From Bugula neritina (Eukaryota; Animalia; Bryozoa), in assembly GCA_964035545.1 (NCBI GenBank), contig OZ037769.1, positions 10,632,633 to 10,696,632 of the forward strand: 64,000 nt of DNA, written 5' to 3'. Under the pieces are notes generated by a model. That model worked only from the letters and a program-made list of their open reading frames with translations. It was not told the origin of the DNA and did no database searches. A program made the position numbers and the translations under genes. Positions within the stretch are counted from its first letter, which is position 1. Every line of letters begins with the position of its first letter. Below, piece by piece: positions 61,072 to 64,000 of this stretch.

Positions 61072-61302
61072 CTAAAAATAAAAACAAACTCTAGCTGCAA
61101 AGAGTTTTCAAGAGAACTGAGTTGGCTAATGTTGATATTTCACAGGGAAGTGGAGACAACGGTTTATAAAGCTAAACAGGGTAGGAAATTAAATTAAATA
61201 ATACGAAATAAAAAGAGCAAAAATATTGAATTGTAAAATATGCATATTACTTAGCACACTAGCTCAATAAATTATTAAAGGTGAGCAACAAGATGGGAAC
61301 TT

Positions 61303-64000
61303 ACTCACTCAATCACTCACTCACTCACTCACTCACTCACTCACTCACTCACTCACTCACTCACTCACTCACTCACTCACTCACTCACTCACTCACTCAC
61401 TCACTCACTCACTCACTCACTCACTCACTCACTCACTCACTCACTCACTCACTCACTCACTCACTCACTCACTCACTCACTCACTCACTCACTCACTCAC
61501 TCACTCACTCACTCACTCACTCACTCACTCACTCACTCACTCACTCACTCACTCACTCACTCACTCACTCACTCACTCACTCACTCACTCACTCACTCAC
61601 TCACTCACTCACTCACTCACTCACTCACTCACTCACTCACTCACTCACTCACTCACTCACTCACTCACTCACTCACTCACTCACTCACTCACTCACTCAC
61701 TCACTCACTCACTCACTCACTCACTCACTCACTCACTCACTCACTCACTCACTCACTCACTCACTCACTCACTCACTCACTCACTCACTCACTCACTCAC
61801 TCACTCACTCACTCACTCACTCACTCACTCACTCACTCACTCACTCACTCACTCACTCACTCACTCACTCACTCACTCACTCACTCACTCACTCACTCAC
61901 TCACTCACTCACTCACTCACTCACTCACTCACTCACTCACTCACTCACTCACTCACTCACTCACTCACTCACTCACTCACTCACTCACTCACTCACTCAC
62001 TCACTCACTCACTCACTCACTCACTCACTCACTCACTCACTCACTCACTCACTCACTCACTCACTCACTCACTCACTCACTCACTCACTCACTCACTCAC
62101 TCACTCACTCACTCACTCACTCACTCACTCACTCACTCACTCACTCACTCACTCACTCACTCACTCACTCACTCACTCACTCACTCACTCACTCACTCAC
62201 TCACTCACTCACTCACTCACTCACTCACTCACTCACACCACTCACTCACTCACTCACTCACTCACTCACTCACTCACTCACTCACTCACTCACTCACTCA
62301 CTCACTCACTCACTCACTCACTCACTCACTCACTCACTCACTCACTCACTCACTCACTCACTCACTCACTCACTCACTCACTCACTCACTCACTCACTCA
62401 CTCACTCACTCACTCACTCACTCACTCACTCACTCACTCACTCACTCACTCACTCACTCACTCACTCACTCACTCACTCACTCACTCACTCACTCACTCA
62501 CTCACTCACTCACTCACTCACTCACTCACTCACTCACTCACTCACTCACTCACTCACTCACTCACTCACTCACTCACTCACTCACTCACTCACTCACTCA
62601 CTCACTCACTCACTCACTCACTCACTCACTCACTCACTCACTCACTCACTCACTCACTCACTCACTCACTCACTCACTCACTCACTCACTCACTCACTCA
62701 CTCACTCACTCACTCACTCACTCACTCACTCACTCACTCACTCACTCACTCACTCACTCACTCACTCACTCACTCACTCACTCACTCACTCACTCACTCA
62801 CTCACTCACTCACTCACTCACTCACTCACTCACTCACTCACTCACTCACTCACTCACTCACTCACTCACTCACTCACTCACTCACTCACTCACTCACTCA
62901 CTCACTCACTCACTCACTCACTCACTCACTCACTCACTCACTCACTCACTCACTCACTCACTCACTCACTCACTCACTCACTCACTCACTCACTCACTCA
63001 CTCACTCACTCACTCACTCACTCACTCACTCACTCACTCACTCACTCACTCACTCACTCACTCACTCACTCACTCACTCACTCACTCACTCACTCACTCA
63101 CTCACTCACTCACTCACTCACTCACTCACTCACTCACTCACTCACTCACTCACTCACTCACTCACTCACTCACTCACTCACTCACTCACTCACTCACTCA
63201 CTCACTCACTCACTCACTCACTCACTCACTCACTCACTCACTCACTCACTCACTCACTCACTCACTCACTCACTCACTCACTCACTCACTCACTCACTCA
63301 CTCACTCACTCACTCACTCACTCACTCACTCACTCACTCACTCACTCACTCACTCACTCACTCACTCACTCACTCACTCACTCACTCACTCACTCACTCA
63401 CTCACTCACTCACTCACTCACTCACTCACTCACTCACTCACTCACTCACTCACTCACTCACTCACTCACTCACTCACTCACTCACTCACTCACTCACTCA
63501 CTCACTCACTCACTCACTCACTCACTCACTCACTCACTCACTCACTCACTCACTCACTCACTCACTCACTCACTCACTCACTCACTCACTCACTCACTCA
63601 CTCACTCACTCACCACTCACTCACTCACTCACTCACTCACTCACTCACTCACTCACTCACTCACTCACTCACTCACACTCACCTCACTCACTCACTCACT
63701 CACACACTCACTCACTCACACACCACCACACACCCACTCACTCACTCCCACTCACTCACACCACACACTCACTCACCCACCACTCACTCACCCACACCAC
63801 TCACTCACTCACTCACTCACTCACTCACTCACTCACCACTCACCACTCACTCACTCACACCCACCACTCACCCACTCACTCACACACCACCACTCACTCA
63901 CCACTCACACACACACCACCACCACCACCACTCACCACCACACACCACTCACACCCACTCACTCACTCACCCACACTCACTCACACACCACCACTCACTC
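61303..64000. repeat. (TCAC)n tetranucleotide array >2.6 kb
   Basis: Nearly perfect to ~63600, then degenerates to the window end. Confidence 0.97.

Overview
AT-rich, intron-rich eukaryotic (animal, invertebrate-like) genomic DNA with no prokaryotic features. From left to right: (1) A tandem duplication (~1-3.3 kb and ~3.3-12.8 kb) of a small two-exon minus-strand gene encoding an N-terminal MGNC acylation motif, a Pro/Ala linker and a HEPN/DUF4145-like domain with an intact RxxxxH motif. Copy B is frameshifted and carries a hAT element, MITEs and expanded satellites; copy A carries a probable hAT excision footprint. (2) A complete 10-exon UNC93A-like MFS gene (+) whose first coding intron contains a sense-strand type I hammerhead ribozyme between (TA)n arrays. 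(3) A divergent PRD-class Q50 homeobox gene (+). (4) A 5-exon single-pass PPxY (Shisa/CYYR1/WBP1-like) adaptor gene (-) with almost no ectodomain. (5) The 3' two-thirds of an ABCA1-like transporter (-), ending in a >2.6 kb (TCAC)n intronic array. Many introns begin with tandem repeats that duplicate the splice donor. Most ORFs in the supplied track are single exons or repeat artefacts. All gene models were built by hand from GT-AG sites and reading frame; no database search was run.
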